A DNA stretch of 64,000 nucleotides from positions 1,182-65,181 of IMG/VR virus record IMGVR_UViG_3300025133_000094. One strand, given 5' to 3'. Under the pieces are notes generated by a model. The model saw only the letters and a program-made list of their open reading frames with translations. It was not told the origin of the DNA and did no database searches. Position 1 is the first letter of the stretch; each line of letters opens with the position of its first letter. Source of the DNA: a virus. Taxonomy: Duplodnaviria > Caudoviricetes. Shown one piece after another: positions 30,700 to 41,916 of this stretch. The position numbers and the translations under genes were made by a program.

Positions 30700-32381
30700 A
30701 TATACCTCAAGAAATGCTAGATGATTTCCGTAATCATCTTTGGGCATGCTTTAAATATCTAGGACTAGGCGAACCTACTGGAGCTCAGTACGCTATGGCG
30801 GACGAGTTACAGAATGGGGCTAATGATATGCAGTTACAAGCGGGTCGAGGCTTCGGTAAGTCTGTAATTACAGCATGCCTAGCATCTTGGTTCTTGTTGC
30901 GAGACCCTAATACAACTATCATGGTAGTCTCTGCGACAGGCAACAAAGCTACAGAGTTTATCTCTATGACTAGAAAGATTTTAGATCTAGTACCCTACTG
31001 TGAACACCTTTGTCCAGGCGATCATACTACAGATAATGCTTTTGCCTTTGATGTAGAGTGTCGAACTAAGATAGGGCAGGATAAGTCTTGCTTCGCCAGA
31101 GGAATCAGCTCTCAAATAACAGGATCACATGCTGATTACGTAATAGGTGATGATATAGAGATCGAAGGTAACTGCGAGACAGCTAATGCTAGAGAGAAGT
31201 TAATGAATAAGGTAGCTGAGTTCGAGCAGATCCGTAATGTAGGCGGTAGAGTCATCTTCTTAGGTACTCCTCAGATAAAAGATAGTATATATAATCAATT
31301 AGAATCGGGCTATCCCGTTGTCAAGTTTCCCGCTGTTATGCCAGATAAGGGCAATATATCGGAGATAGTTAATGTTAGTGAATGGGTTCTGCAGCTAGGA
31401 ATAGAGGAAGGAGAGCCCACACAACCGGAAAGATTCCCTAAAGATGTGTTATTAGAACGTATGGCTAAGATCGGTCCGAAACTATTTGCCCTACATTATA
31501 AACTAGATACCACTTTAGCTGACTTTGAGAAGTTTCCTCTTCGTTTATCTGACTTATTGGTCATTGATGTACATCCAGACATGTGTCCAGAGAAACTAGT
31601 ATGGGCTAACTCTACACCATTGAAGGGAATGCCCTGCTTTGGCCTTAGTGGAGATATAATATACGAACCTATGTGGATATCTGATAAATTTATACCCTAT
31701 ACTCAGACAATAATGACAGTAGACCCATCAGGACGAGGAGAGGACGAGACAGCCGTTTGTGTAGCTAGTATATGCAATGGCTATGTATACATACACGAGC
31801 TTATAGGATACCCTGGCGGCTATGAACAAGGTGTCCTTAAAAAGATAGCTAGATTAGCTGTTGAATACGGCGTTAAATTGATTAGGGTCGAATCAAACTT
31901 CGGAGATGCTATGTATTGCCAGCTTCTTATACCAGTAGTGAAGCAAGTATCTAGCAGTATAGGGGTAGAAGATTTTAAAGTAACGGGTAGAAAAGAATCT
32001 CGTATAATAGGGGCATTAGAGCCAGTAATGTCTCATCATAGGTTAGTTTTTAATAAAAAAGCTATATCTCAAGAAGCCACACAAAAACAAATAACCCGTG
32101 TATTTGATAAAAGAGGTGCGTTAAGGCATGATGATAGAGTAGACGTGTTAGCCTCAGCAGTTTCTTTCTGGGAAGGATCTTTATCACTAGATGTAGATAC
32201 TATAATAGCTAAACAAGCTGCTAAAAATAGAAACGATGTAATACAGTCATGGATGAATGATGACAGACGAATGGGTTTATTCTCTGAGAGACTACAGAAT
32301 ACTATAATGAAGAAAAATAAACAAAGCCAACAAAATAAGTGGACTAATAACAGACTTTGGAATAAGAGAGGAGGTAGATAA
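30696..32381 (+). CDS. Terminase large subunit (gp19-like)
   Basis: AGRGFGKS, TGSHAD..IGDDIE, LGTPQ, VDPSGRGEDET, ESNFGD, HDDRVD. Confidence 0.98.
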   Translation: MNIPQEMLDDFRNHLWACFKYLGLGEPTGAQYAMADELQNGANDMQLQAGRGFGKSVITACLASWFLLRDPNTTIMVVSATGNKATEFISMTRKILDLVPYCEHLCPGDHTTDNAFAFDVECRTKIGQDKSCFARGISSQITGSHADYVIGDDIEIEGNCETANAREKLMNKVAEFEQIRNVGGRVIFLGTPQIKDSIYNQLESGYPVVKFPAVMPDKGNISEIVNVSEWVLQLGIEEGEPTQPERFPKDVLLERMAKIGPKLFALHYKLDTTLADFEKFPLRLSDLLVIDVHPDMCPEKLVWANSTPLKGMPCFGLSGDIIYEPMWISDKFIPYTQTIMTVDPSGRGEDETAVCVASICNGYVYIHELIGYPGGYEQGVLKKIARLAVEYGVKLIRVESNFGDAMYCQLLIPVVKQVSSSIGVEDFKVTGRKESRIIGALEPVMSHHRLVFNKKAISQEATQKQITRVFDKRGALRHDDRVDVLASAVSFWEGSLSLDVDTIIAKQAAKNRNDVIQSWMNDDRRMGLFSERLQNTIMKKNKQSQQNKWTNNRLWNKRGGR

Positions 32382-33067
32382 TGGTGTGGCCAATGATTGC
32401 AATGGGTGCTATGCAGCTAGGCATGGGAATGATGCAAGCAAATGCTCAAGGAGAAGAAGCTAGCCGAGCAGCCCAGCAGCAGAAGGATCAGATAGACTGG
32501 AATAACCATATACAGAAACTCCAGATAGCTCAGAAGAATCGTCAAATAGCTTCGGCTAATGCAGCTAAGTGGATGAATAATATTCTTATTACAGAGGGAG
32601 CACATAAGGCTAATAAGGAAGAAGAGCTTTACATAAGGAATAACCTAGATAATGAAACAGGATACTTCTCAGCTCAATCAATGGCTCATAATGAACAACT
32701 TATATCCGTTTTAAATGATCGAAACATATCAGAGGGCGGTACGGCTGAAGTATTAAAGAGAGCCGCTAGAATAAATATGGAACGAACTCAAGAAGCTAGA
32801 GAGATTAGTTCTGAAAACCACCTTAGAGACTCTCAAAGAAAGATGGAAAACATTCTCAATACAAAGAGAGATTATAATTATAATCAGTCTATTAAATATA
32901 TGCCAAGTGTGTATCTAGGACAATCACCTGAAGCTGCCGGAGGCGCTGCACACTCTTCAGGTATGGCACAAGCCCTAATGGGCGGTGTTCAAGGAGGATT
33001 CCAAGGACATATGTACGACCAACAAATGGCCTTCTGGAATAGACAACCAGCGGCACCAGGAGGATAA
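32381..33067 (+). CDS. Internal virion protein (gp14-like)
   Basis: Hydrophobic Met/Gly-rich termini, Gln/Ala/Asn helical core, first gene of the ejection-protein block. Confidence 0.7.
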   Translation: MVWPMIAMGAMQLGMGMMQANAQGEEASRAAQQQKDQIDWNNHIQKLQIAQKNRQIASANAAKWMNNILITEGAHKANKEEELYIRNNLDNETGYFSAQSMAHNEQLISVLNDRNISEGGTAEVLKRAARINMERTQEAREISSENHLRDSQRKMENILNTKRDYNYNQSIKYMPSVYLGQSPEAAGGAAHSSGMAQALMGGVQGGFQGHMYDQQMAFWNRQPAAPGG

Positions 33068-33069
33068 CC

Positions 33070-34098
33070 ATGAGTAAGAATATAGATGTATTAAGAGACC
33101 TAGCTACCAGCGGTAAGAAAGCCGAAGTACCTTTTGACGTTGAAGAAGCTATAGGTGAATCATGGCTCATGCGTAAGAATGAGTTCATGGTTGATAGCGT
33201 CGGACTAGCTCCTGAAGAACGCTTTAGTAAGTTTTTGGAAAGAATGGACGGGTATAAGTTTACTTCCAGTACTGTAGATAGTTATCATGATAGCTGGATA
33301 GAGCTATTTCCTGGCACTGCTGAACAAGCTGAAGTATACGCAAAGAATAAACTAGATACAGAGCTAAGAGAACTACCCGATGATGCGTCTAGGGGTGACT
33401 GGATACAGCGTAACTTACCTAAAGTACCTACTAAATGGAGGGGCGAGGTAGCTGAACGCTTTCAAAGAATTAGGGAGAAGAACGCTAATAAAGATTATGA
33501 AAGAACTAGAATCACTGGCGTATTACAAGCTAAGGAAGAACACAAAAAAAATAACAAGAAGTTTCTAGATCCTGACAAGTCTACTCATAGCCACCTAAGA
33601 TCTTTCACTAATATCCTCACGGCAGGATTAATAGAAACGCTAGATGTAGATGATGAGGGAGATTACACAGCTCTCACAGCTAACGGTAGAGTAAAGGGTA
33701 TGACCCTAGAAAATAATAGCGATCCTCTCTCTTCTTTCCTTTCTTATCATGATACAGAGCAAGCTATACGAAAGTCTATGGAACGTCAGCAAAAAGAAAG
33801 TGCTGAGTTAAGACGTAATACTACCGATAGAGCTACAGGTGTTCTGAGAAGAAACTTAACAAAAATTCCTAGAGAGTTCCAAGCTAACGTTATAGTTGAT
33901 TGGGCTACTTTACAGAATGAGGATGAACCTATTGCATATATGCGGGGAGCAATACGTGATGTTGTTTCAAAGACAATAGAAGATGGTAAGATAGATTCAC
34001 CAGATGAATTGATATGGGAGTATATAAACATTAGAGACGAAGTATTAAATAGTTATTTAGGGAGGAATATAAATGTTCCAACAAAATCAGCAGAATAA
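33070..34098 (+). CDS. Putative internal virion protein
   Basis: 342-aa helical ORF in the block; no recognised motif. Confidence 0.6.
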   Translation: MSKNIDVLRDLATSGKKAEVPFDVEEAIGESWLMRKNEFMVDSVGLAPEERFSKFLERMDGYKFTSSTVDSYHDSWIELFPGTAEQAEVYAKNKLDTELRELPDDASRGDWIQRNLPKVPTKWRGEVAERFQRIREKNANKDYERTRITGVLQAKEEHKKNNKKFLDPDKSTHSHLRSFTNILTAGLIETLDVDDEGDYTALTANGRVKGMTLENNSDPLSSFLSYHDTEQAIRKSMERQQKESAELRRNTTDRATGVLRRNLTKIPREFQANVIVDWATLQNEDEPIAYMRGAIRDVVSKTIEDGKIDSPDELIWEYINIRDEVLNSYLGRNINVPTKSAE

Positions 34099-34474
34099 TC
34101 CATATAAAATAGATGCACCCCAATACGCCCCCGCTACGGAACCAGTTCCAGCTCTACTTGAAGAAGGTGAGATTGGTTACGGAAACCAGAACTTTAATAA
34201 TACCTTTATAAATGCTACTAGCGAAATACTAGAGTCTGGTCAGAAGTTTTGGCAGGATATATGGGCATTAAATCAACAGAGGCTACAACTAAACGCACAA
34301 GTTAAGGCTTCGGATTATAAGGAATGGCGACTAGGGGAGCTAGAACGACTAGCCAATAAGGCCGAGAAGGAGTTGAAGTATAAAGAACACCTTCGACTAA
34401 TGCAAGAACAAATGGATATAATAAATGGAAACTGGGAAAGGGGTAATGAAACATACGGGGGATTCTCACAATGA
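34073..34474 (+). CDS. Putative internal virion protein
   Basis: GGGAGG RBS, 133 aa, overlaps both neighbours. Confidence 0.6.
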   Translation: MFQQNQQNNPYKIDAPQYAPATEPVPALLEEGEIGYGNQNFNNTFINATSEILESGQKFWQDIWALNQQRLQLNAQVKASDYKEWRLGELERLANKAEKELKYKEHLRLMQEQMDIINGNWERGNETYGGFSQ

Positions 34475-37400
34475 TTGACCCAAATCAAGGATTGTTCAAA
34501 TCCCCCGGATTTGAAACTCCCGGATTGTTTAGCTTTCCGCTTACACCCGAAGCAGAGATAAAACTTGCTGAGATGAGGGAAGAACATAAAGTAGCATCTA
34601 CGTATAAAATGCCTTCTTGGGAATATGGTAATGCTTTCTCTACGGCTCATACTTACCTAGCTCTTGACCAAGCTATAAAGGAAAAGCAGGGTGATAGAGA
34701 TTTCAGTGATATATGGCAAAGAGAAGTAAGTAATAGAGGTATTACAGCCGCCGAGTGGATAAAGAATAATCCAGAAGAACTAAGAGAACAAATATCTTTT
34801 CTGATGTCACAAACAATCGAATCGAATTATAGAGATTTAGAGAATCAGTTGGTAGATGATTCTCTAACTACCGAAAAGGATACGTACTTTAGTGGTATGT
34901 CGGGGGATTTTGATGATATGAAGTATCCCATTAAAGGAAGCGTAGACCTAACCAGCGAAGACAGACCTAATGGTATAGAAACAATTTTTGGTAATGTAAC
35001 AGAAGGATCTTATGATATAGGATCGTGGTCTTCTTTCCTAGATGACGAGGGTGCTAATATGCTATCGTCTATACTCAGACGACGTAGGTTAAAGGATGGT
35101 CGATTCTCTGGGGATATTGAGAAATCTACGTCAGCAGCAGTTACCTCTACTATACCGGACACAGATCTATCACCCCTATTCCTAGAAAAAAGTAATTCGT
35201 TTTACTATACTATTGATTCTGCTCTTGGTTTAACTAAGCCCACTCGATATTCATCCAGGAGGACCTTAGACAGAGGTACTCAAGAGTATGATGATGAGAT
35301 GAAAAGGCGTGGGTACAACCCAAATGCTCTTGTGTTTACAGAAGAAGGAGAGAAGCAATTATTACTATGGTCACAGACATTAAATGATAAGAGTATTCCG
35401 CAAGATAAATGGCGAGCTCATAAAGCTAGTATAGAATCAGAGATTGCGACACAGTATCCTACATTATCCCAAAAGGAAGTCAAGGACTTGTATACGGAGT
35501 TAAAGATGTGGGGAAGTAGCGGAGCAAGCATGGGCAGGAGTAAGTCGGTGTGGATAAAACTTGGAAGGTCTTATGCTACACTTATCTCATCGCAGGTACC
35601 AGTTAGAGACGATCCTGCAGCAGACCAAGATATAAACTTAGCTGAATATGTTGATACAATTATGGAAAAAGTAGCTTTAAGAAATTCTATATTATCTGGT
35701 AAGGGCAAAGCATCAGAGCCAATAGAAGTTAGCATCCAAGCTGTAATGAAAGACATGAGTAAAAATGGAGAGTTTCCCGAGGGCTTTCAATTACTATGGG
35801 ATGATTATGATGATACTTATCTAAAGCAGGGTATGGATAATATGTTAAGTACTTATCCCCTCCCGGTATGGGATACCGATTCCAATGTCAAAAAAGACAT
35901 TGATTCTGTTATATATGCCCTAAAAGATGCGACAGAAAAAGCGCGACAGCAGGGATTAGAGACTGAAGAATTTAAAAGATTGATGGGTGTTCAGCCTATT
36001 GATCGTCCAGCAGAACTAGAAAAAATAGAGGCTGAGGATAGACAAAGAGGTGAAGAGATAGCTGCTTATAGTGAGGAAGAGGGAGAGCTCCTTTCAATGG
36101 ACCGAGAAATGGCAGAGCTTCTGTCACCAGGATCGATGGACCAGTATGGTCCAACTCTATTCAGCGAGCTTACCGACACTCAGGTTACGAGCGATGTATT
36201 TAATTTTAGTCGCTTATTTGCTGGAGGAGTTACATCTAAATTGGAGTGGAACCTTAACTTTAATACAGAGATAGGCTTAAAGGCTAATATAGATACAGCT
36301 GCTACCCTTCGAAAAATAGTACTTAGTATAGCTGATCGAGATAATAAGGGAAAACCTATTATAGATCAAAGAGTTATCACAAATATAATGACAGCTTTAT
36401 ACGGATACGGCTCTGCATACCCCACGGATAAGACGAATGCAAAGGCTATGTATGCAACTGTCACAGACTATAGCGATCCTCGCTGGGAACAGGGGTTAAG
36501 AGATGCAATCGATTTTGCTGTAAACACAGCACCTGAGATAGAGCGTATTATTAATCTAAAAAATAATCCCTTGTTGGCATGGGAAGAGACTATGGTAGAA
36601 GAATATAAGGTAAACTTTCCTGATATGACATTTAATAATATTGATGATGTAGAAAATTTAGTAGTAGATGTAGCTTGGCGTCATAAGGATTACGGAGTAC
36701 GAAAAAATTATAAAATAATGAGGCTATATAACGATCTTAAGAAAGCTGGGGCTGCCTTTTACGAAGAGGCTTCAGGTGCCTCAGCCTTACACAAGGCGCT
36801 TCTAAGCTCTCAGAGCCACTGGGCCACGGGTACATCAGCTGCTCCAGGTGCATCGATATATAATGGTGTCTGGTATGCCGATAATACCTTAATTGGTAAT
36901 GAGCATACACCAGCAGGACAAGCCCTTATCCAACATAACATGGGAGCTCTTGGAAAAATATGGCGAGATACTGCAGTTTCTCTCTGGGGAGAAGATGCTA
37001 CAAACAAGGCAGGTTATACGACACCCTTCCTTCCTAGTCATCTTTTTGATATTCAAAACAGAACTATGAGATTTGAAGAGATACGGAATCCACTAGAGGC
37101 ACAACTAGTTACTACCTTCATAGTTAATGCTTTACACGGCAAGCAGGTAAAAGGAGACTTGAGGGTTATAACAGACCTTAGGACGTATATAAAGGACGGC
37201 CTAACTTTTTCTAATGACGCTTCGGTTTATGGAGAAGGTACCGACAACCATTCAAAAAGACAAAGGGTATGGATGGCTGTAGCTTCTCTAATACAGTTCT
37301 CTGGCTTAATGGGAAGGGACGCAACTAAGAGGGATGTTATACTAAACCAAATACTTGGTGCAAAAGATAAAGAAGAGAGAGACATGTATGAAACAGTGGG

Positions 37401-40400
37401 CTTATGGTTGGCTGTTCAGCAAGACGCAAGAACTTCTATGGATAATGCATGGACTGACATATCAAACGGGAAAGAATTCTCTGCATGGGTATCTACTCTA
37501 GAGTCGCATACCAATAAGTTATTAGACTATATGTCATCTGTAGTAAGCGGCAGGGTAGACCCCGATAGTAAGGGTATTAATCCAATGTTTGGTTTCAATA
37601 CAACCGACCTTTACGCTAACTTGGAGCATTTCGGCCACGATGACTTAGGCGGTTGGGGCTTTTTTAATGATAGTAAACTATTGGATTGGATGCAGGGGCA
37701 GGGGGATCTACCTGGATCATGGGATAGCTACGTTTCTACAGCTCTTCGCTCAGGAATAGTAATACCTCCAATAGGGGATGATTCTATGTGGTCTGATGAA
37801 TACCGATTCCAGTCAGCTAATAAACAGCTTGAAGCAATGTGGAAGGCTGGCATGCTACACTTCTTTACAGAAGAAACGTACAACCAATTAAAAGATAACA
37901 ACCTAGCACCATACGGATTAGCAAGAGCCTTACAGGTACACCTAAGTGATAATGATACACGGAGATACGCTAGTGCTATAATGTTAGCAGACATATATAA
38001 TGATGATGGCCTGAAGTCACCCCTAGAATTATTAACAACTTTAAAAATAATCAATCATTCAAAATTTAAAAAGGATTCTCGTAAACACCATCTACAAATC
38101 GTAGGTTTAACGGAGGACGGTGAGCAAATCGTAGTGCCTTCCAATATGAAAGGGATTATAAATTATGCCCAAGATTATCGAGGAGATACTACAGACCTTC
38201 TTCCTTTTACTAGTGAGTTGTGGACTGGCGCTACCCCTTATCAGCACCCATCACAATATATAACTCTTGATCCTGTACCGGATGCCGCGACATTAGCTGG
38301 ACACCCAGGACATGACGATGGTCGGTTCTCGTTGTCAAAAGAAGCGCCACCGATACTGGGTGGGGGACCACCAGCGCTTGCAATAATGTATGATTATACT
38401 ATAGGATCAGTTGTAGAATATTTTAAATGGCTGGGAGGCTCCTATGATAATGAGTATGAAGAAGAAATAGATTTGATTTCTAAAGAAAACAATGATAGTT
38501 TTAAAAATATGATGTTGCGTAACTTTACTCAAGAAGAGGGATGGGGTCCAACGTATCGAAGTCTAGGTTTCAATAGCCAAGAAGAATGGAGTCAGTGGTT
38601 TACCGATGAGGTATTGGTACCGTATGTTGCTGATGTTAAAACCGCAGAAGATAATGGTTGGTTAACGGGTATTAATTCTCCTAGTATAGAAGACATGCAC
38701 TTCAATGTATTAGACCGATTAATGAAAAAGATACAAACTGGCGGGGGTCGATTAGGAAATGCTCAACCCGATTTTAATCTATTCGGTTTAAGAGGAATGC
38801 TTGGAGGAGAGAAAATAGGAAATGAGCATACAGATGACCTATTTACTGATCTTTATAAATATGGTAGAAATACTACTCTGTCCATTAATAACACGAGTAT
38901 GAGCGACCTTACAAGAGAAGGAGCTCAAAGCTCCATGACTTTAACCCTACTAAATCGGACGGTGGATGGCACTATAGGCGGAAACATAACGCTTCCTTGG
39001 ACTATAACTGACAACGATTTTCCGCTAGAGAGTTTACCAGCTCATAGGGGATGGCATCCTTGGGAACAAGGCGGACAGAAAGAGGATGAAGAAATAGAGA
39101 TACATATAAAGGATCTCCTAAAGGTACCGGAACTTGAGTGGGATGAGACGATGGAACCTATATCAGACGTAAATAGACTCTTAGAAGAGTCTATGAATGA
39201 ATCCTTTCCTGCAGTGAACGGGGATGTGTTAGGGGTAATGCCTATGCCCAAAGGATTTAAGACACACGAAATTGAAGTGAGAACTTTAGATAAGTTGTAT
39301 TCTTCTCAAGAACAAACAGCAGAACCATCGGAAGCTACCAGTATTTATTTCGCAGCTAAAAAAGATAATCCACTTAAGTTTGTAGTAGGCGAACCCGGAG
39401 ACGGTACGCCTACTCTTATCGATCAGATTCTCGAATACTCAGAATTAGATATCTGGGAAAAAAATGTAGGTTACTTCCCCGAGCCTTCTAATGAAAAGAC
39501 CGCAGCAAAGTTAGCAGAAATTAAAGAAACAGCTAATGCTATGGACGAAAAAGTTACAGAGTATAGAAATAATGTATTTCAGCCAGCCTATGCTGAATAC
39601 TCTCGAATATACCTCGATCGTCAAGAAAGTGGCAGGACTATACACATGGACTCAGAGCCTGAACTAACAGAATTACAGAAGCAGTACATAGAAGAGGAGC
39701 GTGACGGCAAATATGGTAGGATCATTCCTGGTAAAGAAGCTTCTTGGCACCAAATATGTGACAAGAACGATCCACGGCGATGTTCCGTGAGAATATTCCG
39801 CGATCCCGAATATAACAAAATATATCAGGAGTGGAGCCTCAGTCCATACAAGGCACACGCCGAGTTACTGGATATGCAGAACCACATATTAAAAATGCAA
39901 AGCGAAGTAGAGAATTATATTGGAGGATGTGGAACTGACAGTGTTGTTTGTAAGGAATTTTCTAGTGAAGAGGGGCAGCACTATATTAACACGGACATTG
40001 TAAGACCTAAGAGAATGAAACTAAAAGAGTTTCCTTCGATTCATCCCTTAGAGTGGATGCGTAGCATATTAGAATTTACAACAGAAGAATATTATAATAA
40101 TTATCCAATGCTAACTGAGATGGTAAACGCACTTCCTAACGAAACTCCCGAAGAAAAAGAAAGGAGAGTAATCTTTTCACAAGCGTGGGGTAACTATAGT
40201 CCTGCCGAGGATTACCCTCCATTATACGTAGTACCTCTACCTGAGTCATTATTCAGAAGTACTGAACAAGGAGGGCGCAATGTTTCACAGTCTAAAGTCG
40301 CACGGCCAAGCTATACGTCTAATGTAGGACCAAATTACCCGCGCCCACTACCCGAAGAAAGTATGGGTTTTAACTTGGATCAACGGAGGATATTTACCGA

Positions 40401-41916
40401 AATGTCCCGACCTTTTGAAACACCCCCTGATGAGGGTCTTCTATCGCAACTCTCACCCACCGGTGGGCGTATAAAGAAATACCCCATTAATTACCCCACT
40501 GATTACTATGAAGACACACCGATAAAAGAGACTGAAGTAGAGATTGGTCTAGTACCAGGCAAGGCTGATTATCTAGCTTTTGTGGAAGCCGGTGTACTAG
40601 GAGGGAAACGTTGGGATGACCCCAGCAGGGGAGGTCCCCGTTATGGTGAGTCGTATGGACCAGAACACTACAGAGGGGGAAAAAGTGCTAATACGCCCAC
40701 ATATATAATGATGCTTCCAAACGTCCCGGGTACAGAGGAATTGGTAGGGACATTCAATCAGCCCGATGGGGAATGGGAACAGACATTCAATCTGCCCTTT
40801 GGTATAGGATTTCACGAAGGATTCCACGTCATGCAAGAGATGGATTATGGCATCCGCGAAAATAACTTCTGGAGTTCCGATCCGGACCAGCAGAGAAAAG
40901 ACTATTTCGAAAACCCGAGAGAATGGGGTGCATATACAGCTACTGCGCTGGTAAATTATAGGGATATGTTAGGAGTAAAGCCAGGGGAGCGTATAGACAT
41001 AGAAGGATTTTTCGAATATCTAATGGAGATACTGGGAACAGGGAAGGATCCAGCTACTGGGCAGGAAGGCATGCACACTGAATATATTCTTCCTGCAATA
41101 GAGTCGATGCGAGAGATGATAAATTCCAGTTGGCAAGAAACTCCTGAGGGGGAAAAAACAAACCCGTATTTAGATATCTTTGAACACATGTTCACCAACA
41201 CAGACGAATTAGAAAGCCAGGGCCGACTTTTAAAGACTCAGGCAGAACCAAATAGAGATGAAACACCCCAGTCGGGAGCTCATCCTAGTATGTTAACAGC
41301 TATCACTCAAACAGCCCTAGCCCATCCTGGTGTATACCATGAACTAGGAGTAACTGAAGAAGAGTATGAAACATTACAAAAAAAAGAGTGGGCTTCACAC
41401 TATGAGTATCTCAAGAAGGTAGAAGGATCAATACTTAAACCAGCTAATCTATTTGGAGAACCCCACAAAACAGTAGGTATTGGTCACTACTTAGATGGAT
41501 CAGCTTATGATCGAAAGGTTGTAAAGGAAGCATTGCCTAAAGTAGACTATGAAAAACTACGAACGGGACAAATATCCTTGGATGATGATCAAGCACTCGC
41601 GCTATTCAAGGTAGATGCAAGAGAGAAGTATCAATTAGCTAGAAGAATAACTACTGGTTTTGATACGTATTCAAATAACCTTAAGACACAGCTTCTATCC
41701 GCTACTTTTAGAGGTAGTTGGGTTTATTCTGATAAGGCAAGAGGACTATTAGCTCAAGGTAAATTCAAAGAATCAGCAGATGAATTCTTAGACTCTCAAG
41801 AATATAGAGATGCTTTAAAGCCTGATTCAAAAGAACCAGGAGTAGCTCCTAGAATGGAAGCAGTAGCTAAGGCAATACGAGATGAAGAAATCTACGAAGA
41901 AAAGGAGAGTAATTAG
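34471..41916 (+). CDS. Large internal virion protein (2481 aa) with zincin motif and C-terminal lysozyme-like domain
   Basis: FHEGFH...NPREWGAY near 40813; LKKVEG...KTVGIGH...ALALFKVD from about 41400 resembles phage GH24 lysozyme. Confidence 0.85.
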   Translation: MIDPNQGLFKSPGFETPGLFSFPLTPEAEIKLAEMREEHKVASTYKMPSWEYGNAFSTAHTYLALDQAIKEKQGDRDFSDIWQREVSNRGITAAEWIKNNPEELREQISFLMSQTIESNYRDLENQLVDDSLTTEKDTYFSGMSGDFDDMKYPIKGSVDLTSEDRPNGIETIFGNVTEGSYDIGSWSSFLDDEGANMLSSILRRRRLKDGRFSGDIEKSTSAAVTSTIPDTDLSPLFLEKSNSFYYTIDSALGLTKPTRYSSRRTLDRGTQEYDDEMKRRGYNPNALVFTEEGEKQLLLWSQTLNDKSIPQDKWRAHKASIESEIATQYPTLSQKEVKDLYTELKMWGSSGASMGRSKSVWIKLGRSYATLISSQVPVRDDPAADQDINLAEYVDTIMEKVALRNSILSGKGKASEPIEVSIQAVMKDMSKNGEFPEGFQLLWDDYDDTYLKQGMDNMLSTYPLPVWDTDSNVKKDIDSVIYALKDATEKARQQGLETEEFKRLMGVQPIDRPAELEKIEAEDRQRGEEIAAYSEEEGELLSMDREMAELLSPGSMDQYGPTLFSELTDTQVTSDVFNFSRLFAGGVTSKLEWNLNFNTEIGLKANIDTAATLRKIVLSIADRDNKGKPIIDQRVITNIMTALYGYGSAYPTDKTNAKAMYATVTDYSDPRWEQGLRDAIDFAVNTAPEIERIINLKNNPLLAWEETMVEEYKVNFPDMTFNNIDDVENLVVDVAWRHKDYGVRKNYKIMRLYNDLKKAGAAFYEEASGASALHKALLSSQSHWATGTSAAPGASIYNGVWYADNTLIGNEHTPAGQALIQHNMGALGKIWRDTAVSLWGEDATNKAGYTTPFLPSHLFDIQNRTMRFEEIRNPLEAQLVTTFIVNALHGKQVKGDLRVITDLRTYIKDGLTFSNDASVYGEGTDNHSKRQRVWMAVASLIQFSGLMGRDATKRDVILNQILGAKDKEERDMYETVGLWLAVQQDARTSMDNAWTDISNGKEFSAWVSTLESHTNKLLDYMSSVVSGRVDPDSKGINPMFGFNTTDLYANLEHFGHDDLGGWGFFNDSKLLDWMQGQGDLPGSWDSYVSTALRSGIVIPPIGDDSMWSDEYRFQSANKQLEAMWKAGMLHFFTEETYNQLKDNNLAPYGLARALQVHLSDNDTRRYASAIMLADIYNDDGLKSPLELLTTLKIINHSKFKKDSRKHHLQIVGLTEDGEQIVVPSNMKGIINYAQDYRGDTTDLLPFTSELWTGATPYQHPSQYITLDPVPDAATLAGHPGHDDGRFSLSKEAPPILGGGPPALAIMYDYTIGSVVEYFKWLGGSYDNEYEEEIDLISKENNDSFKNMMLRNFTQEEGWGPTYRSLGFNSQEEWSQWFTDEVLVPYVADVKTAEDNGWLTGINSPSIEDMHFNVLDRLMKKIQTGGGRLGNAQPDFNLFGLRGMLGGEKIGNEHTDDLFTDLYKYGRNTTLSINNTSMSDLTREGAQSSMTLTLLNRTVDGTIGGNITLPWTITDNDFPLESLPAHRGWHPWEQGGQKEDEEIEIHIKDLLKVPELEWDETMEPISDVNRLLEESMNESFPAVNGDVLGVMPMPKGFKTHEIEVRTLDKLYSSQEQTAEPSEATSIYFAAKKDNPLKFVVGEPGDGTPTLIDQILEYSELDIWEKNVGYFPEPSNEKTAAKLAEIKETANAMDEKVTEYRNNVFQPAYAEYSRIYLDRQESGRTIHMDSEPELTELQKQYIEEERDGKYGRIIPGKEASWHQICDKNDPRRCSVRIFRDPEYNKIYQEWSLSPYKAHAELLDMQNHILKMQSEVENYIGGCGTDSVVCKEFSSEEGQHYINTDIVRPKRMKLKEFPSIHPLEWMRSILEFTTEEYYNNYPMLTEMVNALPNETPEEKERRVIFSQAWGNYSPAEDYPPLYVVPLPESLFRSTEQGGRNVSQSKVARPSYTSNVGPNYPRPLPEESMGFNLDQRRIFTEMSRPFETPPDEGLLSQLSPTGGRIKKYPINYPTDYYEDTPIKETEVEIGLVPGKADYLAFVEAGVLGGKRWDDPSRGGPRYGESYGPEHYRGGKSANTPTYIMMLPNVPGTEELVGTFNQPDGEWEQTFNLPFGIGFHEGFHVMQEMDYGIRENNFWSSDPDQQRKDYFENPREWGAYTATALVNYRDMLGVKPGERIDIEGFFEYLMEILGTGKDPATGQEGMHTEYILPAIESMREMINSSWQETPEGEKTNPYLDIFEHMFTNTDELESQGRLLKTQAEPNRDETPQSGAHPSMLTAITQTALAHPGVYHELGVTEEEYETLQKKEWASHYEYLKKVEGSILKPANLFGEPHKTVGIGHYLDGSAYDRKVVKEALPKVDYEKLRTGQISLDDDQALALFKVDAREKYQLARRITTGFDTYSNNLKTQLLSATFRGSWVYSDKARGLLAQGKFKESADEFLDSQEYRDALKPDSKEPGVAPRMEAVAKAIRDEEIYEEKESN

